NCBI GenBank assembly: GCA_002269645.1
Contig: NIVC01001642.1
Coordinates: 1 to 64,000 of the forward strand
Source: Macrostomum lignano
Lineage: Eukaryota
Direction of reading: 5' to 3'
Length of the DNA stretch: 64,000 nucleotides
Position 1 is the first letter of the stretch. Each line of letters starts with the position of its first letter. This document shows, piece by piece, positions 53,153 through 64,000 of this stretch. Under the pieces are notes generated by a model. The model had not been told where the DNA came from, searched no databases, and was given only the letters and a program-made list of their open reading frames with translations. The translations under genes were made by a program, and so were the position numbers.

Positions 53153-56088
53153 TATATTATACAAAGTATAGGGACGCAAAGATTATGGTAGGCGTCTTGC
53201 GCGCACGCGCTCGCAGAAGAGACGAGAAAGACAGTTTTTGACAGATTGTGGGGTCAGGCTTGTAGGTCAGACTCTAGCGTGGCGGTCAGCGTGGTGGTCC
53301 GGCCTTGGCCCCGTCGGAGACGCTCGGTTGGCTGATGCAGCAGGGTGAGCGCCAGCGGGTTTTGCTCCCCTCTGCCATAGCTGAGGAAGCAGTGGCCGAC
53401 GAGCATTAGCCGGCGCCGCTGGAGGGTGGCACTGAGCTGAGGCACGCGGGCTCTCGCCATCAGCAGGTCCGTCGGCAGCCGCTCGGGGTAATGGATGCCA
53501 AGGGCGAACCGCAGCAGCGATCGGTAGGCAGCGTCCAGGGCTCGAGACCTCGAGTCGGTCATTGGCACTGCCTCCAGTCCGTACAGGAAGATTGGCTCTA
53601 CGGCAGCGCGGAACAGGCGCATCTTCAGGTCGTCGTTGGCAGCTGAGCTGAAGACCTCCCTGAGGAGATGAGCCGCACGCCAGGCCTGTGACCTCCGGTC
53701 AGCGATGATGGAGTCAGGGCTCATCACGAGGGAGCACAGGTACCGGAAGTCTCTGCAGACTGAAATATGACTTGCCCATCTGGTAGGGTCAGGATTGGTG
53801 CTGCATCGGTGCCCACGTGCAGCACCTTCGTCTTGCGTGCGTTGATTTGGAGTCGGACTCGGGCGCTCTCCTCATAGAGTCTCGAGAGCGCTCTCTGGGC
53901 GGCAGTCGGACTGCGGCACAGCAGGGCGATGTCGTCGGCGTACGCGAGGGCGGGCAAAGGGGCAGCACCGCGGCAGCTCCGTCGTGACGCCAGCAGGTAA
54001 CTGTCCTCTGTGAGGCTTCGGCGCAGCACGTAGTCGACGACAAGGATGAAGAGCAGAGGGGCCAACGTGTCACCATGGAGGACTCCGGAGCTGGTGCAGA
54101 AGTCCTCAGTTGGACCATCGCTGGTTTAGACAAAGGCTTTGCTGTTGTTGTAGAGGTCCATCACTGCAGAGATAAGAGCCGGGGGGGACACGCCATAGTG
54201 CTCGAGCAGCCACGCGATCGCGCGCCGGCACACTGAGTAAAAAGCTTTGCGGAAGTCCACAAAGACAATTGACGCAGCTCTTTGGTGAGTTTTACAGGCC
54301 TCGACGACTGCTCGAAGGGCTGCAATCTGCTCTGTTGTCGAGCGGCCGGGCCTGAAGCCACTTTGGAGGCTCAGGATCATTTGTTTGAGGCCAGACAGCA
54401 GCCGATTACGCAGTATAGCATTGAGCAGCTTAGCCAGAGTGCATTCCAGAGCAACGTCGCGTTGGTTGTCCAGACTGGTGGATGCGCCCTTCTTGGGGAT
54501 GGAGACGATCTTAAAGGTGCGCCAGTTGTCAGCAGCAGTAGCATCTGGGTTGCCTCCAAGCGGACAGTGCTTGTTGAGCACAGTCGTGATGTCCTGTGTC
54601 AGCTCCGGCAGCTTGAGCACCCTGGGTGGAATGCCATCTACTCCGGCGGCAGCGTCGGGGCGCATGGTCTTGAGCACTCGGTTCACCAAGTAGGCAGTCA
54701 GCGGGCCGGAGTTGAAAGTCGAGGGCTCAGCCGGGGTAAAGTTTTCGATCGGCAGCAAAGCAGCAGAGAGCGGTGGAGCGTTGAGCTCATTGTGGTAGTG
54801 AGTGGCCAGCAGGGCTTTGCGATTGTGTATGGACTCAGCACCTACAGCGGCATTGGCCCTCTGCTTCCTGCCAGTCAGGCGGTTGATGGCGCGCCAGGCC
54901 GCTGTGTGCCGGCAGTTGTCTGTCGCTAGTTGAATTTCAGCAACAGCCTCCTGGACAAAGGCTTCGGTCCTCCGGGCATGCGTGTCGCGTAGTTGGGCCC
55001 GGGCTGTTTCAGCCTGCTCACTGTCTTGGCCAAAGACTGCGGTTGTTCTTTGCACGTCGCGCCTAGCGATGGAGATCTCCTCGTCGGAGTCCCAGGCGGC
55101 TTTTGGCTGGTGCGGTGTTCGTTTTGGTAGGATCGAGGCAGCTTTCTCAACAGCTCTGGTGAAGGCGTCCGCCGATTCATTCAGGGCCGGAGTAGCATTT
55201 TGCAGTTTTTCAATGAACGCACTGTGCGTGTCTGGGTTTCTCAGATCTGCTCAGAGGGGGGTGCGGTGGGCCAGCCTTGAACTTTTTCCATCGGCAGTCG
55301 ATGTCGCAGGCCAGCAGAGAATGGTCGGACCTCACGCATCTGGGGCGGATTTGACCACTTTGCGCAGTCGAGAACTGATGGCCGAAGGGCACAAAATCCA
55401 GTCCAGCCTGGTGGTCCGTCCATTTGGGCCGAAGAAGGTGGGCAGCTTGTTGTACCGCTGCCGCATGACACCATTGGCTGCAATCAGGTCTTGAGAGTGA
55501 ATGAAAGTTGACAGGAAGTCCGAGTTGGTGTTGGTGGAGCCGCAGTTTTTCTTCACCAGGCGGCCATCAGGGGACAGTGGCGCGTTGAAGTCTCCAGCCA
55601 CAAAAAGCAGGTCGCGACCAGGGACCGAGTCGATGAGCAATCCCAGGTGGTCATACATTGACTCAGTCTCGGTAGGGTCAGTAGCTGTGCGTGGGGCTGT
55701 GGGGGCGTAGACGCAGATTACATGAAGGCGCCTGTCCTTCTTGGCAAAAGAGGTAATGTCAAGGCGGTCGGTTGGGAAGCTGGCATTCAGAAGGGCCCTT
55801 GAGGCACTAGGTGACAGCAGAAACCCGATGCCTCCAGAGCCCTGGGCTGAGGCTGGGGCGGCTCGGAACTGCCAGCCAAGGCCTGGATCAGCGCACTCTT
55901 CGGTGCTCCTGCGGTGTTCTTGGACAGCCAGAATGGAGATGTTCATGCTCTTTGCCAGCTTGGTTAGCTCGTGCAGTCTCCAGGGGGCAGTGAGCGTTCG
56001 TGCGTTGAAGGTAGCAAGTCTTGTGCAGTTATCAAGCTGGTTTTGACTTTCTTTGGTTGTCTCAATTGTTCTGCTAGCTGGTGCAGTT
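53153..56088 (-). mobile_element. Near-full-length RTE-clade LINE (APE endonuclease + RT), frameshifted
   Basis: LATFNARTL, ISILAVQEHR, CVYAPT, AGDFNA, LDWILCP, QSGFRPGRST, VDFRKAF and AYADDIALL, split across several frames. A possible TSD CTTTAATTA lies at 53144-53152 and 56089-56097. Confidence 0.93.
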
Positions 56089-56683
56089 CTTTAATTAAGT
56101 CTATTTAAATTACGATTTTGAAAAAATTTAGAAAAGCTGGAGTTCTAAAATTCAACTTAATTAGCCATACCCATACGGCAATTCTACGCAGATGATAAAT
56201 AAGAGTACATGCAAGTCAGAGTTGGTACAAGGACTACACTACATAAATACGTTACTTTAGTCGTCCTTGAGTTGGTATAGACTCCTGGTTCTATTCTGTG
56301 ATTCTGTGGTCGCAGTCATTTGGTCTTGTGCGTGCACGAAAATTGGTGAGCGCGATTCACACCCGTACCGGTACGCCAAGCGCACTCCTAGGCTGATTTC
56401 TCTCTGGGGTTTACGAGATTAAAAACCTGTGAATAATCAGTTTAAGCTGTGATCGGATATCACCTACGTCTACATGAACACTGTCAAAGTTTTTAAAGCC
56501 GCGCATTCTCGTCTGCAAGTCTGTTGACAAGATTTTAAAGTCCTCTGACTTTCAGTACACCGAAATCTATGCAGTATACGTACAATTGTACATGTTGTTA
56601 CGCAATACGTTGCCTATAAATAACTGAAAGTTTAAATATCAACTACACTGGACTTCGTGCACTTGGCTTACTAATACATAAAC

Positions 56684-57977
56684 ATGTCTGTTGCGTATTC
56701 CGACATAAAACTCTATTTGCTTAGTGGCGCATACGACGTCCCTGTGTCTTTAACAACAACTAAGGAGAAGAATAATTTCAAAAGCAAGGTTCGGCAAAAG
56801 GCGCGCAACTTCAAGTACGAGGGCCAGCAGCTGTTCTATCAGCTCTCAGCTCGGGATGATAATCAGAAGAAGCGCCATCGGTCAAGGGAGCGTCGCCTGG
56901 AGGTTGAAGAACAAGAAGAACGGAGTCGATTAATTCAAGAGTATCACACCTCTGCGACTGGAGGAGCTCATCAGGGGATAAAGTCCACCCTATCGAAGCT
57001 GCAGGGACGATTTCATTGGGACGGCATGACGAAATCTGTGCAAGATTACGTTCAGAAGTGCGCCGTCTGCCAGCGCAACAACAAGAGGGCCGTGGCGAAC
57101 GAACCCCAGTTGACGCCAATTTTGATTCCTTCGATGGCCGAACGAGTATTCGGTTTTGTCTGCGTTGACTACGTCAGGTTCGAGCCATCTTCGAAAGGTG
57201 ATTGTTTAATCGATTAATAGCTTTTGTGGCTACGTGTATCAAATCTAAGTAGCATACTCTCATTCATTTTAATTCATTTTTATTGACAAGAGACGAACCT
57301 CTGCTTATCACCCCCAGGTTAGTAAAGTTAATATTTTTTTGCCTTCCATGCTCTCAGTAATAAGTCTTAATTCGAATAAGTTCATATTCGATATTAAAGA
57401 ACTGACAATGCTCTTTCAGACCAACGGTCAGTGCGAGCGCCTCAAACAGAGCTTAGTCGCAGCTCTGCGCAAAATGTGCGACCAGGACTCTGACTCTGCG
57501 GCATGGGATGATTATGTCGATGGCGCAGTTCTGGCGTACAACAGTCGCGTGCACTCGACAACTGGCGTCTCGCCTTACAAGGCCGTGTTCGGCAACGAAC
57601 CACGACTTCCCCATGACAGCATCGGACCAGCAGACGCTGCCATGGTCGGTGACGTCACGATTCGTCATGTAGAGAGAAAGTCCGAAGCACGTGGGCGGAC
57701 CATTGAGTTGATGCGTCGACGCATCCGTCGGGCGCAGCAAGCTATGCAGCAGTACCATCAGCAGCGTCTGGCGTCTGCCAGCAGCCTCAGCTTCAAAGTC
57801 GGAGACAAGGTGCTGCTGCGGAACTTCGACCGTGACGATCGGAAAGGCGGCAAATTGAAGACACCATGGTGCGCCAAGGTTTACACGGTCGAACGTGTCC
57901 TAAGCAACAACCTGTACCGACTCGAGGGGAGATCTACAGCGATCAATGGCCGCCACCTGAAAAAATACCACGAATAG
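56684..57977 (+). mobile_element. Intron-containing gypsy-like integrase (Ginger1/GIN-type), internally deleted. Exon pieces: 56684-57197, ~57282-57317, 57420-57977
   Basis: HHCC zinc finger (YH...GAHQG...CAVCQ), first Asp (VCVDY), a mini-exon IDKRRTSAYHPQ|GTTAGT, then TTTCAG|TNGQCERL, YNSRVHSTTGVSPY and FKVGDKVLL...KLKTPW. The segment with the second catalytic Asp is absent. No TIRs were found. Confidence 0.78.
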
Positions 57978-59272
57978 GTGATTTACAGAATTTGAATTTC
58001 TAATATTTGAAAGTAGCTTTAGGCTCCTAAATAAAATAATCGTTGCACAAGATCAAAATGCTTGATATGAACGAAAAACTAAAAAGTTTCTAACTTGACT
58101 CAGTAGAAACTTTGAGCTTTAAAGCAATGTACACTTAATGGAAGATCTAGAAAGTAGGACTTAAACGATAAGAAAGTTTGATAATTCAACATATGCTCGT
58201 AATTTCTTTGCGCATATTTGAAAATGTGCAGGATTTGTGCAGGACTGTCTAAATTAGCAATTTACGGATAAATTATTTTTCATAATTCATAACCTTTCAT
58301 ATTTCATAGCCTTACAATACGAGCGTATTATAAAGTTTTATAATTTACATAATTTATTTAGTTTTGGATTGCTCTTGTCTTTTTTGTAGCAATATGCACT
58401 TTACAGTAATAATTTATTGTCTACTTGCAAAGTTGTCGGAATATTTTAAGACGAATAAAATAAGGCATACGATAGTTTCTGCTCAGGGAGTGAGAGAATT
58501 CAAGATGGCCGAATGAGTTTGGATAAATGAAAAGTATTTGGCCAAATACGTTTGTCGTCTTATTTCATTCAGCCGAATAAAACAACGCAGAATTTTTTTA
58601 AGACGTGACACCTGTCGGTATAGGAGTGCAAAAGCGATTATCTCACCGAAAGCGTTACAGCGTTTTTGATATTTATTTTTCCACATCTTGTGCATTAATT
58701 GGACTGTAGGAATTTCTTATGATATTTGTCGATATGATTGCTTAAATGCAGACAGTATTTTATCTCGTAATCACAACGCTCCAACGCTATAATTTCATTG
58801 TCAATCAATGAGCCTTCAGGCCTGCCTGTCAATTTAAGTAGTTAGCAGACAAAAAAATGAAGGAAACCCAAGCCCAGCCCCTGAAGGCGCCCCATGGTTG
58901 GGTGTTGACGCCGAAAAATTGCAGATATTCTAGCTCTGAAGGGTTTCAGCATCTTCCGCATTTCTCGTTAAAGAGCTGTGCTAGCTACTTTTTAAGAGTG
59001 GCACATTTTGAGTCATTTTCCTCGCAGCGATACTTTTCTCAACCATGCAAGCCAATCTTGAATGCGAGATGTGTGAAGTCAACCAGCCAGCCTCGCCAAC
59101 ACCACCTAGGAGCAGAAATATAACCAGAATCTTAAGTGGAACGGTAGCAGGTGTCAGCGACACACGGCCAATAAGAAATTCTCTGGTGTGAGAGAAGTTT
59201 GTGATAAATACGAGTATAAGGCTCAGAGAGGCGCAAGTCCCAACAATATATTCCATATCACGACAATCCAAA

Positions 59273-60238
59273 ATGATAGCTCTACTACTGCTCGCATCGC
59301 TTCTGAGCAGCCCTTGCTCAGCCTCCGGCCAGACGCAGCAGTGCACAGGCGGTCTCCGTCGCTACCAAAACTACAGCCTGCAGCCGGACTGCAGCGACTC
59401 CAACAGCACAGCTGATGAAGCAGGCGACTCTGTCACGGTGGCCACCTCAAGCCCACTCACCTGTGCACTCATTGCCAGCCAGAATGCCGCTGCTCCAGCT
59501 GCACTCGTCATGATGAGCTCTCTGACCCACAACTCCATCAGCGAGTGCCGCATCGTCTCTGCTTCGTGCCAGCGCTTCAAGCTGATCAACAAGTCGGAAT
59601 CAGCTCGGCGACCGACTCCCGTGCTTGTTCTGGTGAGGTCAGCTGACTCGAAGGCGTTCCTTGTGTTCTCAATCAAGGCCGGCAGCGGAGTGAAGTCATG
59701 GCAGCTGTTCACAGGCGGCGTCGCGGCGTCCAGCAGCGAGCGGCTGCTGCTGCAGTCGATGGATTCCCCTCTGCTGCCGGACAGGTTCAGGTCCGACCTG
59801 CTGGACAGGATGCCGAGTCTGCTGCGAGCCCTGGCCTTCAAGCAGCTCATTGTGTGCTTGTACAGGCCTGGCGGGGAGCTGGCGGTGAAGCTGGTGTTCG
59901 ACGTGTCCGGTCTGGGCGACTCCATCGACAGGGAGAACTGGTTCCACTGGCGCCACCTCGTCTACAGCTGGCCCGTGCCCGACCTGAGCAACCGGTCGTT
60001 TGATATATTCAGCATTAAAGGTCATGACGGTTACGAGCGGAGATTTTTCTTGAGTTACCGCTTCCAATCCTGTGAAACAGAGACCGGATTCCTGCTCGTA
60101 TTCGACAGAAGTTCCTCAGGATGCCCTTGGCTTTACTCGATCAGACCGGAGCCCCGGATTGTCTACAATCCGTCAGACAGCGGCTTGTGGAACGAAGGTG
60201 CTACGGATGCCGAATACTTAGCCATCTGGGCTAGATGA
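59273..60238 (+). CDS. Single-exon secreted protein, 321 aa (possible PAN/apple-like N-terminal region plus an uncharacterised C-terminal domain)
   Basis: Signal peptide MIALLLLASLLSSPCSA, Cys-spaced N-terminal region, and an aromatic-rich C-terminal domain. Codon usage is GC-rich and coding-like. The domain assignment is tentative. Confidence 0.7.
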   Translation: MIALLLLASLLSSPCSASGQTQQCTGGLRRYQNYSLQPDCSDSNSTADEAGDSVTVATSSPLTCALIASQNAAAPAALVMMSSLTHNSISECRIVSASCQRFKLINKSESARRPTPVLVLVRSADSKAFLVFSIKAGSGVKSWQLFTGGVAASSSERLLLQSMDSPLLPDRFRSDLLDRMPSLLRALAFKQLIVCLYRPGGELAVKLVFDVSGLGDSIDRENWFHWRHLVYSWPVPDLSNRSFDIFSIKGHDGYERRFFLSYRFQSCETETGFLLVFDRSSSGCPWLYSIRPEPRIVYNPSDSGLWNEGATDAEYLAIWAR

Positions 60239-61733
60239 AAACTTATAAATCAATCGAGGCTGTTTGCGTTTTTTGTGGTAGATCGCTATGCAGGGACTTC
60301 TAAATTGAACCGAATAGAGTCTTACTGAACATTTTACACACTATAACTTAATCTACGAAAAGTCAACGTAGCAAGCAAAGACGCAAACTTTTCAATAATA
60401 TGTCCTTTTTATAAATAGTCTACGGACGTCGATGACAAGATATGTACTTTAACATTGCACCGACGAGATCAGCCGATGTATGACGTCGTTATCCGTTGAT
60501 GTAATGTACAAAGCACATGCATTTTTGTCCTCGACGTCAGATTGCTGTACGTGTTTGAGTAAACAGGCTGCATAAAGGAAGACAATTCTATAAAGTGTTA
60601 GGTTAGCCTGTGTGACGTATTAATGTGGCGGCCTCGAGAATAATCAGCAAAGGCAAATGAATACGGCAGAGGCAATTTTGTAGCGGTAGCACTTAATTGG
60701 CAATAATATCAGTTAATGCGATCAATGGCCGCAGACTTGGTTTTTTGGAACAGTTGTTATTGTCAACAGAGACAGGTCAAAATACAAGTTGGATTCGTAA
60801 CGATGCACTGGCGGCTACACAACAATGAATAGATAGCTTAGGTAGTAGAAGTGGCGTGACTGAGAGTGGCAGAGGCGTGGCCTAGGGCCGTGGCGTAGTA
60901 AGGCAGGAAGAGAAGGCAACCAAACAATTAAGAGTGCCGGGCGGCAAGGGTTTACCGGCGGGGACGTAAAGCCAGGATCCAAGAAAACCCCGAGCGCACG
61001 GCCAGACAGAACTGATAAGGAGCGGGCTGGGGGTGGGTGCGCGAGGAGAACTTAGTATAATTAATGCGCGGCTTTTCCATTGGCCGGCTGGGAAAAACAG
61101 AAAACAGAAATTATCGATCGCGCGCTGTACGCAGGCTTTAAAAATGTACGCAGCTGATTAAAATTCTTTGGGCACTACTTTAAGCAGACGTGAGAGAACG
61201 AAACTAATAATATTGTAGATTGGTACCGTATGTCAAAACGGCTCTTGGCGGGGCTACTTAAACTGACAACGTCACACCTGGATCGATACCCAATTTAACT
61301 GATAAACGATCGTGAAGTGCTGCTAATTGTTTTTGTACTGAATGTAATTGCATGCATATATAGACGTTTTTCTTAGAGCCTGTGCAAACACACTTCACCC
61401 CGATAATTTACAATGAAAACGGAACGAGATCGAGCTAGCTAGATACGGCGCGGGAACCTGGGAATTATAATTGCGATCTTTATCGACTAGATGAATTATA
61501 CGCAGCAAAGTGATAGTGCATGCATTGGCCTGCTTGAAAAATTTGGGATAAATAGAGAAATTTTTATAAAAGAAAAGAAAATACATCACCCCACTTTGCA
61601 TGTATGCTCCGCAGCGTTCAGCACATGGAGTTTTGCCTTCAGATATACATGTACATCCCGGATATTGCATGCAGTTTTACATTTACATGCAACCGAACAC
61701 TGCATTTTTATAATTCCATGTTCATGTACAATT

Positions 61734-63359
61734 TAGGGGTCGGCAAACTTTTTTTACGGTAATCACCGAGTAATCTATAGCTACAGGCCAGAGTTAAGTG
61801 AAATACAATGGTTTTTCTCGGGGTGGCCTGGTAGGTCTTTGAATCCCACCGCTGCCACCAGTGAAATACAATGGTTTTTCTCGGGGTGGCCTGGTAGGTC
61901 TTTGAATCCCACCGCTGCCACCAGTGAAGTACAGTGGGGTTTCTTCCCGGTTTAGGCCCCTGCGGATTACCTTAAGTCTCGAGCCTCTTCAGAGGGAAGT
62001 TCTCTCAAATCTCAGTAGCGTAGGTAATGCTGCCACCAGTTCCTTCAGGTCTCGGCCTTCGGTGAGGTGAGCTTCCCGTCGGAACGAAATAAACAAGTCA
62101 ACGAACTCAGCACAGCGTGCAGATTTGCAGATTAATGAACAAGGCGTCCTGATCAGCAGATCCCCGCCGGGCTCAGGGGTGACTGGGAAGGCAGTGTTAG
62201 CCTCCCTTAGGCTTGGGCTTTAGTGGGGTCTCAGTCAGACCAGTACAAACGGATTCAGTACGCAAAGGGCACTTAGTTAGACACTGACGCACACGGGATC
62301 TTAGTGAATTCTCCGCAGATAAGAAGCCAACTCCTTGACGGAAACAAGGGGAGAGGGGTCCTATTTATTAGCGGGAAACACCCACGCACAAGACCTCGTG
62401 ACTTGTTCTATTTTTAGAACTGACGTCACTTGAGATCTCGAGGCAGGGTCTCAGTGCGCGCAAGACCTCGTGACTCGTTCTATTTTTAGAACTGACGTCA
62501 CTTGAGGTCTCCGGCCAGAGTACACGCGGCTGTGACTCAGTTGCTATTTTTAGCAACATGAGTCACTCCTCTCCTTAGAGAAGGGAGGGGTCCGAAAGCA
62601 CGTGATTCTCCCGGTAAACAGGGCCAACGAGTGCAGTAAACATGTTTACTGCACTTTAGGACTCGAAGAACGCAGAGTCTGTCATGTGACTTGCTCACAT
62701 GACAGAGGAAAACGGGACGGGAACGAAACAGAGACAGCCCACAGCAGAGAAGCTGAGGGCTGAGAACAGAGACGCCGAAGGGCAGAACAGGCCAAGGGCA
62801 GCAACAGACGGGCCAAGGGGGCGGGAAGCTGACCAGCGGCAGACAGCAACCCAGGGCGAGGGCGAGGGAGACTGCTGACAAAGTGGGACGCCTAACATCA
62901 ACTAGCGGATCACTACATAAGAGAGAGAAGATCAGGCTATGCAGAAAAAGAGAAGAGGGATAGCAAGGGAGCAAGGAGTGGAAAGGGAGTAAAGAACTGA
63001 GGAGAGACAAAATTCGAAGATGAGAGACAAGAGGATCGATGAGAGAAGAGGAGAAGAGAGCTGGGAGAGAGGGAGATCGGAGCTGAGATGGGGGGATCGA
63101 GAAGAGATACGAGAGGATCGGGGATCGATAAAAAGAAGAGGAGTATAGAAGGGAGAGAAGATCAGAGAGAAAGAGGAGAGAGAAGATATTAGAGAGAAAA
63201 GCTGCAAAGACACAAGCCTTCAGCTGGCCGCATTGCAATTGTGAAGTACATGTATATGAAGTTTCAAAACGACTAATACAGTATATATATAGGGCCGCGT
63301 GTAAAGATCGAAGCTAAGCGGGCCACCCGTGGCCCGCCGGCAGGATTTTGCCAACACTG
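61734..63359. mobile_element. hAT-like MITE ends enclosing an unrelated ~1.4-kb insert
   Basis: Left end TAGGGGTCGGCAAAC and right end TTTGCCAACACTG. No convincing 8-bp TSD. The interior has a 63-bp tandem duplication (61797-61922) and a palindrome cluster. Confidence 0.5.
62389..62567. promoter_or_regulatory. Cluster of three imperfect palindromes centred on CTATTTTTAG and flanked by CRE/AP-1-like motifs
   Basis: CTATTTTTAG at 62408, 62480 and 62544. TGACGTCA follows the first two, and TGACTCA/TGAGTCA flank the third. Function is inferred only. Confidence 0.4.
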
Positions 63360-64000
63360 GTTACATAGTAACTTGAATTCGATGCACATGTAACTGCAGT
63401 ACATGTACAATTACTTGCATGACTTATAGCTGCAGGGGGTCCAGGCATCCGGATGCAGCGAGGAGGCATTGCTGTCCAGTTTGCTAATCCCAGGCGACAT
63501 GCCTTAGTGAAATTATTTGTTCAGTTTTTTAGTTTTACCTAGCAACTGCTATATTTTATAATTTCTGTTTAAGATTATGTACCTTTGTTTTTACTGTTTC
63601 GTATTGCGCAAATTTAAAACGGTATTCTGTTTGTTAAAAATCGCCGCATGGCCATGGTTAGCCTGCTTTATGCATGCATAAAGGATATCTCCTGCTTTTA
63701 CAGTCGCAGAACAAGTCTAGTAGATTCTTCTACTATAATACAATAGTTTAACACTAAGTTGATCTATTCTGCAGAATACTCATTTCAAGAATATGCCATG
63801 ATCTGCAATAACTCACAACGCAATGGGCTATTGTATGCTACTTTTAACCAAGATTTTGGTAAGACATAGGCCTACATACAGCCTGACCTAGTTTTGATTA
63901 TATTTGTATTGCGTAATATTGTTAGGCTAGTATATAAATTTATATAAAGTTGCATTCATGTCATTGTCATTCTTAAAAATGATATTAGAGCTTGGTAGGA

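Noticed and set aside
56040-56160. HDV-like ribozyme expected at RTE 5' ends
   Set aside because: The element ends in AT-rich sequence just upstream of the endonuclease, with no structured 5' UTR present.
56520-60771. TGTTGACAA ... TTGTCAACA as Ginger TIRs enclosing the integrase and the secreted gene
   Set aside because: Only 9 bp match, and there is no 4-bp TSD (AGTC versus GAGA).

Overview
This is eukaryotic, animal-type genomic DNA with GT-AG introns and dense tandem repeats. Its style resembles a free-living flatworm such as Macrostomum, but that is an unverified inference. Host genes are the 5' three exons of an STK32/YANK kinase, a two-exon F-box gene with a pseudogenised tandem paralog, a multi-exon HSPA12-like gene and a secreted protein at 59-60 kb. 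The most unusual part is 23.9-42.4 kb. It holds a single-exon ParB/sulfiredoxin-fold gene with a prokaryote-type DGxHR motif, and four highly diverged paralogs of an apparently unnamed secreted protein family of about 160 aa. All four share C-x5-[WY][WL] and [LI]G-x17-GG-x-C, and three share an ATG-only first exon. Two single-exon calpains, one with an intact triad and one with the triad altered, each sit just upstream of a family member. A 2-kb TIR element carrying a decayed USP protease lies between one such pair. Mobile DNA includes three RTE-type LINEs (one with a 5' inversion), a truncated Ty3/gypsy element, an intron-containing Ginger/GIN-type integrase missing its middle core, a mariner relic, two tRNA-like SINEs and several MITEs.
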